From Pelagomonas calceolata (lineage: Eukaryota): a DNA stretch of 64,000 bases. Each line of letters opens with the position of its first letter. Within the stretch, counting starts at the first letter, position 1. The stretch covers positions 2,666,001-2,730,000 of the forward strand of contig CAKKNE010000004.1 of the NCBI GenBank assembly GCA_918797485.1, read 5' to 3'. Below, one piece after another: positions 54,169 through 64,000 of the stretch. The position numbers were made by a program, and so were the translations under genes. The notes beneath the pieces are model-generated. The model saw only the letters and a program-made list of their open reading frames with translations. It made no database searches and had not been told where the DNA came from.

Positions 54169-56658
54169 ATGGCCGACAAGTGGCGCGTCCCGCAGCGTCG
54201 TTTCATCGATCCAGATCGCCTGCGCAAGAGAACATACGCGCCCACACGCGCGCGCGCCGACAAAACCCCGAGAGTGGACTTCGCGCCGCACCGCAAAACG
54301 CCGTCACCACGACGCAGGTTCCCCCAGCTCAAGAAGACGCGCGCCGCGGCACCGCGCCTCCGCCTCCTCGCCTTCCCGAACTCCGGGAGCAGCGAGAACG
54401 TCTACACCGGCGTGGACAAGCTCAACGGCCGCGAGGACAACGTCCTGATGACGTGGGCGCGCAGGACCGGCGTCGAGGTCTGGGCCGCCCAGCCGCCGGG
54501 CCGCGACGCGCGCCTCAAGGAAACTGCATTAACTTCATGTGCAGAAGTAGCCAAAGGCGCTTACGACGCCGCTTCTACATTAGGCTTTTTTGAGGACGAC
54601 GCGCCCTGGGCCCTGTTCGCCCACTCCATGGGCTGCTGGAGTTCGTACGAGTTCGCGTTACTTGCTCGCTCAAACGGTAAAAGACCGCCGGCCGTGTTCG
54701 TCGCGAGCGGCTTTCCCTCGCCCTCGCTACCTCTCTCTGAAAGACCCTGGACGCCGTCGCGCGACTTGAACGATGCCGACTTCCGAGAGGAATGTAGGAA
54801 GTGGCGCATCAACGACGTCGTCTTCGGGAGCCAGATGTGGGCGACGTACGAGCCGCTGCTGCGGGCCGACTTCCGCTGCTTCGACGAGTACCCTGTTGGG
54901 GGTGATGCGGCTCCTCTATCATTCCCGGTCAAGGGCGTGTACGGTACGCAGGACGACCGCTGCACCTCTAGCAAACTCGAGACTTGGAGTAGTGTTGCTC
55001 CCGATTTTGAGTTACTTGGTAGTGTCGAGGGCCACCACTTGTTTGTGTACGACGAATCCGCAAGGAAGCAGTGGTTCGAGATGGTGGTGCAAGCGCTCGA
55101 CGGCGCCGTGTCTCCCATTGCCAGTGGACCGCCGCGCGCGCGCTACGAATGTACGGCGCCGAAGGGTGCGGCTGTCCGAGAAGGCTGCGACCTCAAAAGC
55201 CCTCTAGCGTCGTGGGATGTGGAAGAGGGTGGGATGATCGACGTCGAGGAGGAGAAGGAAAATAGTAAGGGTACCTTACGCTTACGCGTCGTCGCGTACA
55301 CGTCGCCGGGCTGCTCCCGCGAGGTTTGTGAAGGATGGGTCTCGAAGAAGCTGTTCGAGTTCCGCGGCGCGGCGCCCGGTGCTATTGCGCCTTCTGTACA
55401 GACTTCCAAAGTCCGTAGGGTGTCGCCGCCGCCGCCACCTATTCATACTGGGACGAAGGGCACGAAGAAGACGGTCACGGGCAAGCACGGCGCTTTGTTA
55501 AGGAAGGGCTGCGAGCTTTCGTCGGTGGAGACGGGTATCTCATTAGATCAGGGCGACCTGTGCTACGTCGCTGGAGAGGACGTCAATGAACAAAATATAG
55601 TAAGGGCCCACGTGGTTTTGAGATCGGCCAAAGGAGGTCCCTGGGAGGCGGTGGACGGCTGGTGCACGGCGAAGTTCTTGAGCGGTGCTGATGGAGAAGA
55701 GCCTCTGCCGGAGGTCGGTTCGAAACCTATCATCTCTATAAAATTCCCGCCGTGCACCGATACGGGACGCGTCTTGTTGTTCCCGGGCCAAGGAGCGCAA
55801 AAAGTAGGCATGCTGGCGCCGTATGAAGACGTCGCGGGCGTGCGCGAGATGTTTTCTGATGCGTCTGAAGTTTTTGGAAGAGATCTACTAGAACTGATCC
55901 AGAAGGGCCCGGAGACCGACCTAAACGACACGCGCTTCTCGCAGGTCTGCGTGTTCCTGACGAGCATGGCTGCTGTGGCCAAACTGCACCAGGACGACCC
56001 TACTGCTCTACAGAAAGTAACACATACGGCCGGTTTCTCATTAGGCGAGTACTCGGCGCTCACGTTCGCGGGCGTCATGGACATTGCTACTGCTGTTAGA
56101 TTGTTGAAGGTGCGGTCGGACGCCATGGGCGCCGCCTGTGATTTATCACCGTCCGGGATGATGACGGTGGTAGGGTACGAAGATGCTGATTTGCAGGCGT
56201 TACTACCGGATAAAGTGAGTGTGGCGAACCAGCTCTTCCCGAAGGGTAGAGTTGTTGCGGGTCCTCGGGATGCCCTCAAAGCGTTGGAAGCTGCAGTCAA
56301 GAAGGAGAAGCGGCCGGGCACGAAGACGATCATGCAGCCCGTGTCCGGGGCCTTCCACTCGCCGTTCATGGCATCTGCTGCCGACGCTTTACGTGAAGCG
56401 CTGGATGGTGTTTCATTGAACGCTCCGTCGCGTACCGTCTACTCGAACGTGACCGCGCGACCGCACGCCTCGGATCCACTCCAAATCAAAGACGCCCTCT
56501 GCAAGCAGCTCACGGCCGGCGTCTTGTGGGAGGATACCATAAAAGATATGATCAAGGCGGATATTGACGCGTTGTACGAGCCGGCGCCCGGGAAGCAGCT
56601 CACGTCGATGATGCGGCGCATCTCGGCCGCGCACCACCCGAAGATGAAGAACGTGTGA
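54169..56658 (+). CDS. Fusion of a type II thioesterase, two SH3-like repeats and a malonyl-CoA:ACP transacylase (FabD-like); probable in-frame intron ~54183-54317
   Basis: RLLAFPNSGS, QPPGR, FAHSMG, LRADF, GHHLF; VREGCDLKS...GWVS / LRKGCELSS...GWCT; LFPGQGAQ, AGFSLGEY, VSGAFHS. Confidence 0.85.
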   Translation: MADKWRVPQRRFIDPDRLRKRTYAPTRARADKTPRVDFAPHRKTPSPRRRFPQLKKTRAAAPRLRLLAFPNSGSSENVYTGVDKLNGREDNVLMTWARRTGVEVWAAQPPGRDARLKETALTSCAEVAKGAYDAASTLGFFEDDAPWALFAHSMGCWSSYEFALLARSNGKRPPAVFVASGFPSPSLPLSERPWTPSRDLNDADFREECRKWRINDVVFGSQMWATYEPLLRADFRCFDEYPVGGDAAPLSFPVKGVYGTQDDRCTSSKLETWSSVAPDFELLGSVEGHHLFVYDESARKQWFEMVVQALDGAVSPIASGPPRARYECTAPKGAAVREGCDLKSPLASWDVEEGGMIDVEEEKENSKGTLRLRVVAYTSPGCSREVCEGWVSKKLFEFRGAAPGAIAPSVQTSKVRRVSPPPPPIHTGTKGTKKTVTGKHGALLRKGCELSSVETGISLDQGDLCYVAGEDVNEQNIVRAHVVLRSAKGGPWEAVDGWCTAKFLSGADGEEPLPEVGSKPIISIKFPPCTDTGRVLLFPGQGAQKVGMLAPYEDVAGVREMFSDASEVFGRDLLELIQKGPETDLNDTRFSQVCVFLTSMAAVAKLHQDDPTALQKVTHTAGFSLGEYSALTFAGVMDIATAVRLLKVRSDAMGAACDLSPSGMMTVVGYEDADLQALLPDKVSVANQLFPKGRVVAGPRDALKALEAAVKKEKRPGTKTIMQPVSGAFHSPFMASAADALREALDGVSLNAPSRTVYSNVTARPHASDPLQIKDALCKQLTAGVLWEDTIKDMIKADIDALYEPAPGKQLTSMMRRISAAHHPKMKNV

Positions 56659-56937
56659 TTTTTTGAAGTCCGTCTGCGCCCTGTCCCTCCCCTTGTCCCC
56701 AGTCCCCACGTGTAAGGTTGTCGCGACGGCACTCGTCTTTTTTGCACCTCGTCCTCTTGCGAGGCATCATTGGTGTGGATGATGTATAGATATCCCTCCG
56801 CGTACAGCATGCGCGGGCCGCGGCTAAAAAAGAAATCGGGCAGCCTCTCGATCGGTGCGCTGCAAGCTTTTGTCCTCCTTTAGAAACGGCAGGGCACCCA
56901 CCAGTTGCTGCCCACCGCAGCGAACGCCTCGCACCAA

Positions 56938-57393
56938 ATGGATCCCAACGCCCAGCTGCTTCCACAACCGGGCTTTGCCCAGCCCTACACAGTGCATGTG
57001 GCAGGTCCCAATGATCCCCATGCCCAGCCCCAAATGGGCTTGGCCAACCTCGCCGCCTTGGCCGCGGCCGCGGTCGATCTTGCGCCGGAGCCTGCTGCCG
57101 ATCCTGCGCAGGCCAGGCCCGCCGCCTTCTTCGAGCTCCAGAAACTCCAGAAAGAGATCGCGGCCGTGTATACAACACCCGGCTACGGCAAGAACACCCG
57201 GATTGACGACGTGAGATCCATTATAGAGAAATACGGGTTTACAAATCGTGGTAAATCTTGGAAACGAGACGGGATAAGACTCTATCCACCTGAACATTTC
57301 CCCCCATTGCGGGGAAGTGCCATGCGCTCTTTTAATGGAATCAAGACCTACCTCGATTCCGCGCTCGCCGCAGCCTCGCCGAGCCACCCCTAG
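56938..57393 (+). CDS. Hypothetical protein
   Basis: ATG-started ~151-aa ORF between the FabD fusion and SRP54; no family recognised. Confidence 0.4.
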   Translation: MDPNAQLLPQPGFAQPYTVHVAGPNDPHAQPQMGLANLAALAAAAVDLAPEPAADPAQARPAAFFELQKLQKEIAAVYTTPGYGKNTRIDDVRSIIEKYGFTNRGKSWKRDGIRLYPPEHFPPLRGSAMRSFNGIKTYLDSALAAASPSHP

Positions 57394-57571
57394 TTTCAAC
57401 ACGCACGCAACGCGGAGGGTCGGCCGCGTTGTGAAGTGGCAAGAGCTCCGACGTTCGCCGGAACTGATGTGAACACGGCATGCTCTCGGCACGGCCTCTA
57501 GGCGCGGCCCCTTCCCCGCCCTCGCTAATGTTGTCATGTTAATCACTACCAATAGTATCTATGAGTATTAC

Positions 57572-59189
57572 TCACTTCCCCCCCTTCGCCTCGAGCTCGC
57601 TCATCTGCTTCATCATGTTCATGAGGTTTTGCGCCCCGCCCATCTGCTGCAACATGCGCGGGTCCATGGTCTTGTGGAGCTGCTGGAGCACTTGATTGGG
57701 GTTGCGCTGCATCTGCTTGACCTGTGCGTAAATCAACCAGTGAGTCGGGTGCACGACGCGACCGTGCTGACCGAATCGAGCGGTGAGAGAGCCGGCGTCG
57801 CGTCGATGGCGTGGAGGGCATGGAGACGCGTCGCGACGATTTGATTGATGCACCGTGCTTGACCATCTGTTCATCCCCTCCTTTCATCAGGCCCGACTTG
57901 CCCATTTTGGTTACTACTCCCTCGAACTGCTTGTGGCACCGCAGCAACATCTGCACTTCCATGGGGTGCGTCCCGGAACCGCGCGCGACGCGGTCGACGC
58001 GAGAAGGCGCCCGATTGAGATCAACTCGACCATCCAACTCGTCGTCCGTCATGCTATCCATCATGTACATGAACCGCTTCAACCGATTGCCGCCCTCGTC
58101 GCCTTCCCCGCCCATCTGCGGGATGCCGGGGATCATGGCCATGACTTTTGAGAGGGGGCCGAGCTTCATGACGTTCTCGAACTGCTCGTACATGTCGCGC
58201 AGCGTGAACTCGCCCTTGCTGAACTTCTCCATCATCTCGTCGTTTTTATCGTCGCCGATCGTATCTTTTATTTGTTTGACTAAGGTACTCATGTCGCCCA
58301 TGCCCAACAATCGCGACACGAAACTGCGCGCGACGAAGGGCTCGAAATCATCAAAATGTTCTCCCGAGCCTAGGAACAGTATCGGAGCGCCCGTCGCCGC
58401 GACCGCGGACAGGGCACCGCCGCCCTTCGCGTGCCCATCCAATTTCGTGACCACAACTGAGCCAATATCTATCGCCTCATGAAACGACGTCGCCTGTTCA
58501 TGCACGGCCTGGCCCTGCGTCGCATCCAGCACAAAGACCACGTTATCCGGCTCGATCGCGACTCTAATTTCTTGCATCTCCTCGAACAAGGCCGCCTCCT
58601 GGCGGTGTCGTCCCGACGTGTCGACGATGATGACCTCGTACTTCTCCTTGCGGAACTGCGCCACGCCTTCCGCCGCTATTGCTACAGGGTCGGCTTCGGT
58701 GTAAGACCCGTAGAAGGGACATCTCAACTTAGTAGCGTTCTGCTTCAATTGATCATAAGCTCCAGCACGAAAGGTATCCGCGCAGACCATGCAGCACTTG
58801 AAGCCTTTGCGCTGGTAATAGTTCGCAAATTTCGCGATTGTCGTCGTTTTTCCAGCACCCTGCAGTCCCACGAACATGATGACGTTCGGCTTGCCCTTCT
58901 TGACCTCATGTGGTGTTACTCCTGGATCTACTATGTTAACTAATTCGTCTACTACGGCTCTTTGTATCAGTTTTCTCCTATTTGCCCCAGCAACTTCCTC
59001 CTCGAGCGCAGCGCGCGTCTTGATGGCCTTCCTCAGTTGGCCGACGACTCTCACATTCACGTCGGCCTCCAACAAAGCGGCAGCGATGTCCTTTAACATC
59101 TTATCCAGCACTTCCTCGGAGATGACCGTCACGGACTGCATCTTCTGGAGCGCCGCCGTGAGCTTGCCGCCGAGCTCCTGGAGGACCAT
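57572..59189 (-). CDS. SRP54: Signal recognition particle 54-kDa subunit; exons 59189-57864, 57721-57572
   Basis: MVLQELG, GLQGAGKTT, DTFRAGA, DTSGRH, TKLDGHAKGGGALS; M domain; Met/Gln-rich tail. Confidence 0.96.
57722..57855. mobile_element. Introner element forming the SRP54 intron (57722-57863, GT-AG)
   Basis: Perfect TSD TGCTTGAC at 57714-57721 and 57856-57863; TIRs CTGTGCGTAAATCAA / TTGATTGATGCACCG; close relative of the msrA copy. Confidence 0.93.
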
Positions 59190-59599
59190 GGTTGCGGTAG
59201 CGCGGCGGCGGCGTTATATCGCTGCGGTTTCGTTTCGCCAGGCGCTTTTGGCTTGCTTGGTTGCGGTGCTGCTGTCTGGCCCGCGGGGCAATCAGGGATC
59301 GCTGTCGTGGCCGCAACGTTGACTCGCCAGCACCTGGGGGCTATACAGTGGCCCTTGCTTGCTGTGCGAGACGTGTGCGGCGAGCTACAGCCGAGAGCCG
59401 AGGCGCAAGCAGCGGCTAGCATCCATGTGCGCTAGCTAAGCAGGCAAGCGCGCGGTACTGGCGCGTACGAGTGCCCGTCAGCCGCGCAAATTAGCCCTTA
59501 ATACTATATTCGAGGCCGACGGCCAGCGCTGCAACGCAAGCGCAGCGCAGTCCGCAGCACAGGCTCCACAAGCAAGCCTGCTTCCACAGCAGCCTCACC

Positions 59600-61936
59600 A
59601 TGTCCGACGTGCCGGGTGCCTTCGCCGCGATGGCGCTCCAGCAGCAACAACCACTGGACAACGCCGTCGACGCGTCATCAAGACCGGAAGATTTATCATG
59701 CCCGTGCTGCTTCCGCCCCGGAAAGCTCTGCGACTCCTTCTCGCCGGAAGAAGCGCCCATGAAAATTAGAGGATTACGCGTCCTGATGGCCTCGCACGGC
59801 CTCGACGCTTACATCGTACCGAGCGGCGACGCCCACTCCTCAGAATACGTCGCGCCCTGCGACGAGCGGCGGGCCTGGCTCACGGGCTTTACGGGATCTG
59901 CTGGTACTGCTATTGTATCAATGAAAGAGGCGGCGCTGTGGACCGACGGAAGGTACTTCAACCAAGCGTCCACACAACTAGAAGGCTCGCCCTTCACACT
60001 GATGCGGCAGCACGAGCCGGGTGTACTGGACATGCCTGAATGGTGTCTTCAACAGGGTTCGAAGATCGGCATTTGTGGCGGTCTGTGTACGCTGCAGTTC
60101 TCCCAAAACTTCCGGGAGAAGGGTTTGGAGCTGGTACCGATCGCTACGGATTTCGTGGACGTGATCTGGGGCAGTCGCAGACCGAAGGTGCCCCGTAACC
60201 CGTGTCTGGAGCAGCCTCTCGCATTGACTGGTGAATCTGTGAAGAGCAAGTTGGAGAGAGTCAAGAAGGAGCTCAATGGTTCTGCGTTAGTCTTAAATGC
60301 CCTAGATCAGATCTGCTGGCTCACGAATTTACGAGGGTGCGACGTGGAATGCAACCCGGTCTTCTTCGCGTACGCCGTCGTGACGGACGAGCTCACGTTG
60401 TATTTGAGGTGTTTGGATCGGGAGCTATGTGGTAACGGCCTGGAGCAGCACGAATCAGATGAACGTATTGCGGTCTTGAAAGCGACGCTACTAGAACATT
60501 TCAGGAGCGAAGGTCTAGCTGCCAATCTGTTGCCTTACTCATCTTTCGACGCAGCGGAATGTGCCCAGCGATGTAGCGGTAGGAAAGTAGCCCTCGAGAA
60601 GGCGACATCTACGCTAGCGATGGCCGCGGCCATTCCTGAAGAACGTAGAGTGTTGGTGGACTGCTCGCCCGTCGAAATCTTCAAGGCCGTGAAGAACGAC
60701 GTCGAGATCGCGGGATTACGGAAGGCTGGGAGACGGGACTGCGCCGCGCTCGTCGGGTTCTACGGCTGGCTCGAGACGCGGCTGGGCCGCGTGGGCGGCG
60801 GCGTGCAAATTTCGGGCGCCTTCCCGTGACTGCGTCTGCTCGACGGCGTGAAGGTCGAACCACTGGTTGATTTCCACGCAACGAGAGCGTGTGTCGGGTC
60901 GCGGCGATGGCGTAGGGGTGGCGCCACACGCCATCGACGCGACCGCACCCCCGCACGCCATCGACGCGACGCCTGCTCGATGGCGTCTGACTGGTCGATG
61001 TCCGCGCAGGTCGACGAGTGCCAAGCGTGCGACGAAATTATGAGAAGAAGGCGCATGATGGGCGGCCCCCTCTACAAAGGTGATAGTTTTGACACCATTA
61101 GTAGCGTCGGTGCGAACGCGTCGATCATCCACTACAAACCTACACCTAATGATTGTGCGACCATAACAAACAAGGACGTCTACCTCTGCGACACCGGTGG
61201 TCAGTATGGAGACGGTACCACAGATATCACGAGGACGAATCATTTTGGGAAACCGTCCGAGGATGAAAGGAGGTGCTACACGCGAGTACTCCAGGGCCAC
61301 ATAGGGATGGCTCGAGCTGTTTTCCCCGAGGGCACTCCCGGGGTCATGTTCGACGCTCTCGCTCGAGCACCGTTGTGGCGAGATGGATTAAACTATTTAC
61401 ATGGCACGGGCCACGGCATGGGGAGTTACCTGAACGTCCACGAGGGCCCGTTCGGCGTCGGCGGCGGGGCGGTAACGGCAGATAAGCAGTTCGCCTTTCA
61501 CGCCGCGAAGCTGAGGTATCTGAATGAAATAAGGAGGGGCCACTACGTCAGTGACGAGCCGGGCTTCTACCAAGATGGCTCATTTGGGTTCCGCATCGAG
61601 TCGGACCTGGTCGCCGTGGTGGCGGAGACGAAGTACGCGTACGGTACGAGAGCTTGGCTCAAGTTCGAGTACCTGACGCCCTTGCCCTTTTCTCGGTCGC
61701 TGACGGACCCTTCTCTGTTACTCGAGGACGAAATACAGTGGATCGACGCCTTCCATTCTCAATGTTGGGCGACGGTGGCGCCGCTGTTGACTTCCAGTAA
61801 TTTGGATGATGCGCAGGACGCGGCTCGCGCGCGCCAGTGGCTCTGGCGCGAGACGCGGCCGCTGTCGGAGGAGGCGTGCCCGCCGGTGCCGCCCGCGATC
61901 GATCCCTCGAAGTGCCACAGCATCCTGGACTTCTAG
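59600..61936 (+). CDS. XPNPEP1: Xaa-Pro aminopeptidase (M24B); exons 59600-60790, 61010-61936
   Basis: AYIVPSGDAHSSEY, LWTDGRYF, SFDTIS, DTGGQYGDGTTDITRT, HGTGHG, NVHEGP, DEPGFY, GFRIE. Confidence 0.92.
60799..61009. mobile_element. Compound or decayed introner forming intron 60791-61009
   Basis: Two right-end copies (CACTGGTTGATTTCCACGCAA at 60861; GACTGGTCGATGTCCGCGCAG at the acceptor); TSD relics GTGGGCGG / GTCGACGA (5/8). Confidence 0.7.
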
Positions 61937-62315
61937 GTCTCCGCGTCGTCGCCGTCGCCGTCGTCGTGTTTAGTGTAGTATATATATAGCTATCATCTGG
62001 GTCTCGCGTGCGCGCGCCGCGTTCTCATTTTTTTTTGTAATCTTACCGCGTTTCGTAGAATACGAGTATTAACACCATCAGCCCGCGATTTCTAATTCCC
62101 GGACGACTCGCGTGCAAACCCCGTCCGATTCGCTCTCCGACTCCGAGTCACTCTGTGAAAATGCGCTGAGTGCGCAAGGAGTTGTCGGTTCTACAAGCAA
62201 CTACAGCGCGCGTCTCCATCTATTTTCGAAATTGCGCGGCTGCGGTCCATCGCTTTGCACCGCGTTGCAGATTTCACATAGAGACCAGCCAGGTCAACTG
62301 CACATATTCTCCGCC

Positions 62316-63251
62316 ATGGCCCACCCGGCTGCCCGCGCCGTTGTACATATTCTGTTGCTGTGGGCGCGGCACGCGGCGGGAGGACCTCCCGACCACGCGT
62401 GCGTGGCGACCTGCTTCGGCGCATCATGTGACCATTGGGACGGCGGCGCGTGGGGCACCTGTGCGGACCTCGAGGCGACGTACGGCTGCGACTGCACCGG
62501 CTGCGAGTGTGATGGTGCGTACCCGGCGTCGTAAACCACAACACGCCATCGACGCGACGCATCGACCCACGCAGGCTGTCCCCAAGCGCCGTGCGACAAC
62601 CCGCTCTTCGACGCGGACGAGTGTCCGACGGCCGGCGACGCTACCTGCGACCCCGAGCTCAACGACGCCACCTGCGCCTACGACGGCGGCGACTGCTGCG
62701 CGTCGACGTGTCAAGGCGTGAACTGCGGTCCTTTCGACTGCCGCGACCCGGCCGAGGCCCGGCACCACGACGCACAACATGCCGAGGACGACCGCTGGCG
62801 CCAGCGCGGCCGCCGCGGCGTGAGCGGCGGCCTCGTCATCGTGATCATATTGGCGGTGGGGACCGCAGTGAGCTGTTGGCTGCGGCACAAAAGGTCCGTG
62901 CGGCTCGAGGCGATCCGAATGGCGATAAAGGAACGACCCGTCGGGGACGGCGACATTGCCGCTGCGGCAGCGATGGTCGCGACGCTCTCGCGGGACGTGT
63001 CGGGGGCCGAGTTCAGTGAGGAGGTGTGCCCGATTTGCCTCTACGAGCTCTGCGACGGCGACCACGGCCGCGAGGAGGCGGGCCTCGACGACGACGCGGT
63101 CGTCCTGCCGTGCGCCCACGCGTTCCACGGCCGCTGCCTCCGGCCCTGGTTCGCGTTGGCCTACTCGGACGCGCTGCGGGCGGGCGAGGCGCCGACCCTC
63201 GCGTGCCCGGTCTGCCGGGCCGTCGTGCCGGAAGGCGAGCCGGAAGCTTGA
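62316..63251 (+). CDS. Single-pass membrane RING-H2 E3 ligase with a Cys-rich/LNR-like ectodomain; exons 62316-62514, 62575-63251
   Basis: Signal peptide; GDATCDPELNDATCAYDGGDCC; TM; CPICL...CAHAFHGRCLRPW...CPVCR; 60-nt intron with GTGCGT donor. Confidence 0.82.
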
Positions 63252-63314
63252 TATTCGCTGTGTACATCGTGTCCCCATCCTCCCGTCTTATATTAATCAC
63301 AAGCAACATTAATA

Positions 63315-64000
63315 CTACCGCGCCGCGTCAAGCGCGGCGAGGATACATGCGTCTTCTCCAACGTCCGACGCGGGGCCAGGCGCGCACGCGCGCCCAAGCG
63401 GTTTGTCGGGCGCGAGGCCGCCGCGCGCGGCCGCCGGATCGCGAAGGTCGGCGAGCGTCGCTGGCGCTAAGTGTTTCTGGCGCGGACTCAGGAGCTCGGC
63501 GACGGTCAGGCGGAGCGCGCCGCCGTCCGGGAGCGGAAAGGCGTGCTGCACGAGCGCCTTGCCGAAGGTGCGCTCGCCGACGAATGTCGCGACGCCGTTG
63601 TCGCGCAGGGCGCTGGCGAATGCCTCGGCGGCCGACGCGGTCCCGCGGTTCGCCACCAACACCACCTTCGTCGGCGGCCGCGGCGCGGCGCCGGCCGGAG
63701 CTCGCGGGTAGAGGCGGTCCGTCCGAAATTCCTCGACGTCGTGGTCAGTATATTCCCCGCGCGAATTCGCCGTGAAGCAGAGCGGCGTCATGTCCTCGGC
63801 GCCGCCGCCGCGGGGCGGATGGAACGGCGCGGCGCGATATGCCCGGGTCGGCGGCAGAAAGTACGCGTCGTCGAAGAAGAGCGCGGACGCCCGGAGCGCC
63901 TCCTGCAGCTCGCCGCCGTTGTTGTTCCGGAGGTCCAGCACGAGCACGGGCGGCGCGTCGCGTTCGAGCAGCAGCGCCGCCAGTTTTGCGGCGGTCCCGC
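63315..64000 (-). CDS. C-terminal processing peptidase (S41/CtpA family), 5'-partial
   Basis: VLDLRNNNGG; NRGTASAAE (catalytic Ser); GERTFGK (catalytic Lys). Confidence 0.85.
   Translation of the reverse strand, partial: GTAAKLAALLLERDAPPVLVLDLRNNNGGELQEALRASALFFDDAYFLPPTRAYRAAPFHPPRGGGAEDMTPLCFTANSRGEYTDHDVEEFRTDRLYPRAPAGAAPRPPTKVVLVANRGTASAAEAFASALRDNGVATFVGERTFGKALVQHAFPLPDGGALRLTVAELLSPRQKHLAPATLADLRDPAAARGGLAPDKPLGRACAPGPASDVGEDACILAALDAAR

Noticed and set aside
57546..57863. Extended SRP54 C-terminus given by the ORF track (KHGASIKSS...RYYW)
   Set aside because: It is read-through of the introner; splicing gives the expected Met/Gln-rich tail ending at 57572.
1..64000. Autonomous transposase for the introners or the MITE
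   Set aside because: No ORF with recognisable hAT/DDE features was seen in the window.
1..64000. tRNA, rRNA or snoRNA genes
   Set aside because: No convincing cloverleaf, rRNA or box C/D structure was recognised by eye; a covariance-model search would be needed.

Overview
Gene-dense, very GC-rich eukaryotic nuclear DNA with short intergenic spaces and spliceosomal introns. The gene set (PsbU-like, violaxanthin de-epoxidase-like, TMEM231, MSH1-type MutS, SRP54, eIF5, cytochrome c) and the intron family point to a photosynthetic stramenopile, most likely a pelagophyte (inference). About 40 protein-coding genes are supported. Main signals: (1) A family of short non-autonomous DNA-transposon-like 'introner' elements with ~15-bp TIRs (CTGTGTGGAAATCAA...TTGATTTCCACACAG) and 8-bp target-site duplications. 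The TIR end supplies the AG acceptor and the first two bases of the TSD supply the GT/GC donor, so splicing is scarless. At least 9 copies occur, in both orientations and at different stages of decay. (2) A selenoprotein MsrA missed by the ORF track, with an in-frame TGA in the G-U-F-W active site and a 3'UTR SECIS whose apical loop is C-rich and lacks A. (3) A small membrane ORF overlapping a MOSC gene via ATGA, a candidate bicistronic locus. (4) An intergenic MITE of a second family, also with an 8-bp TSD and TIRs ending in AG. (5) A recurrent upstream motif, TGTAAGACACTAGCAA. (6) Fusion proteins: glycosyltransferase-like plus two sulfotransferases, and thioesterase plus malonyl transacylase. 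All gene models were read by eye with no database searches.
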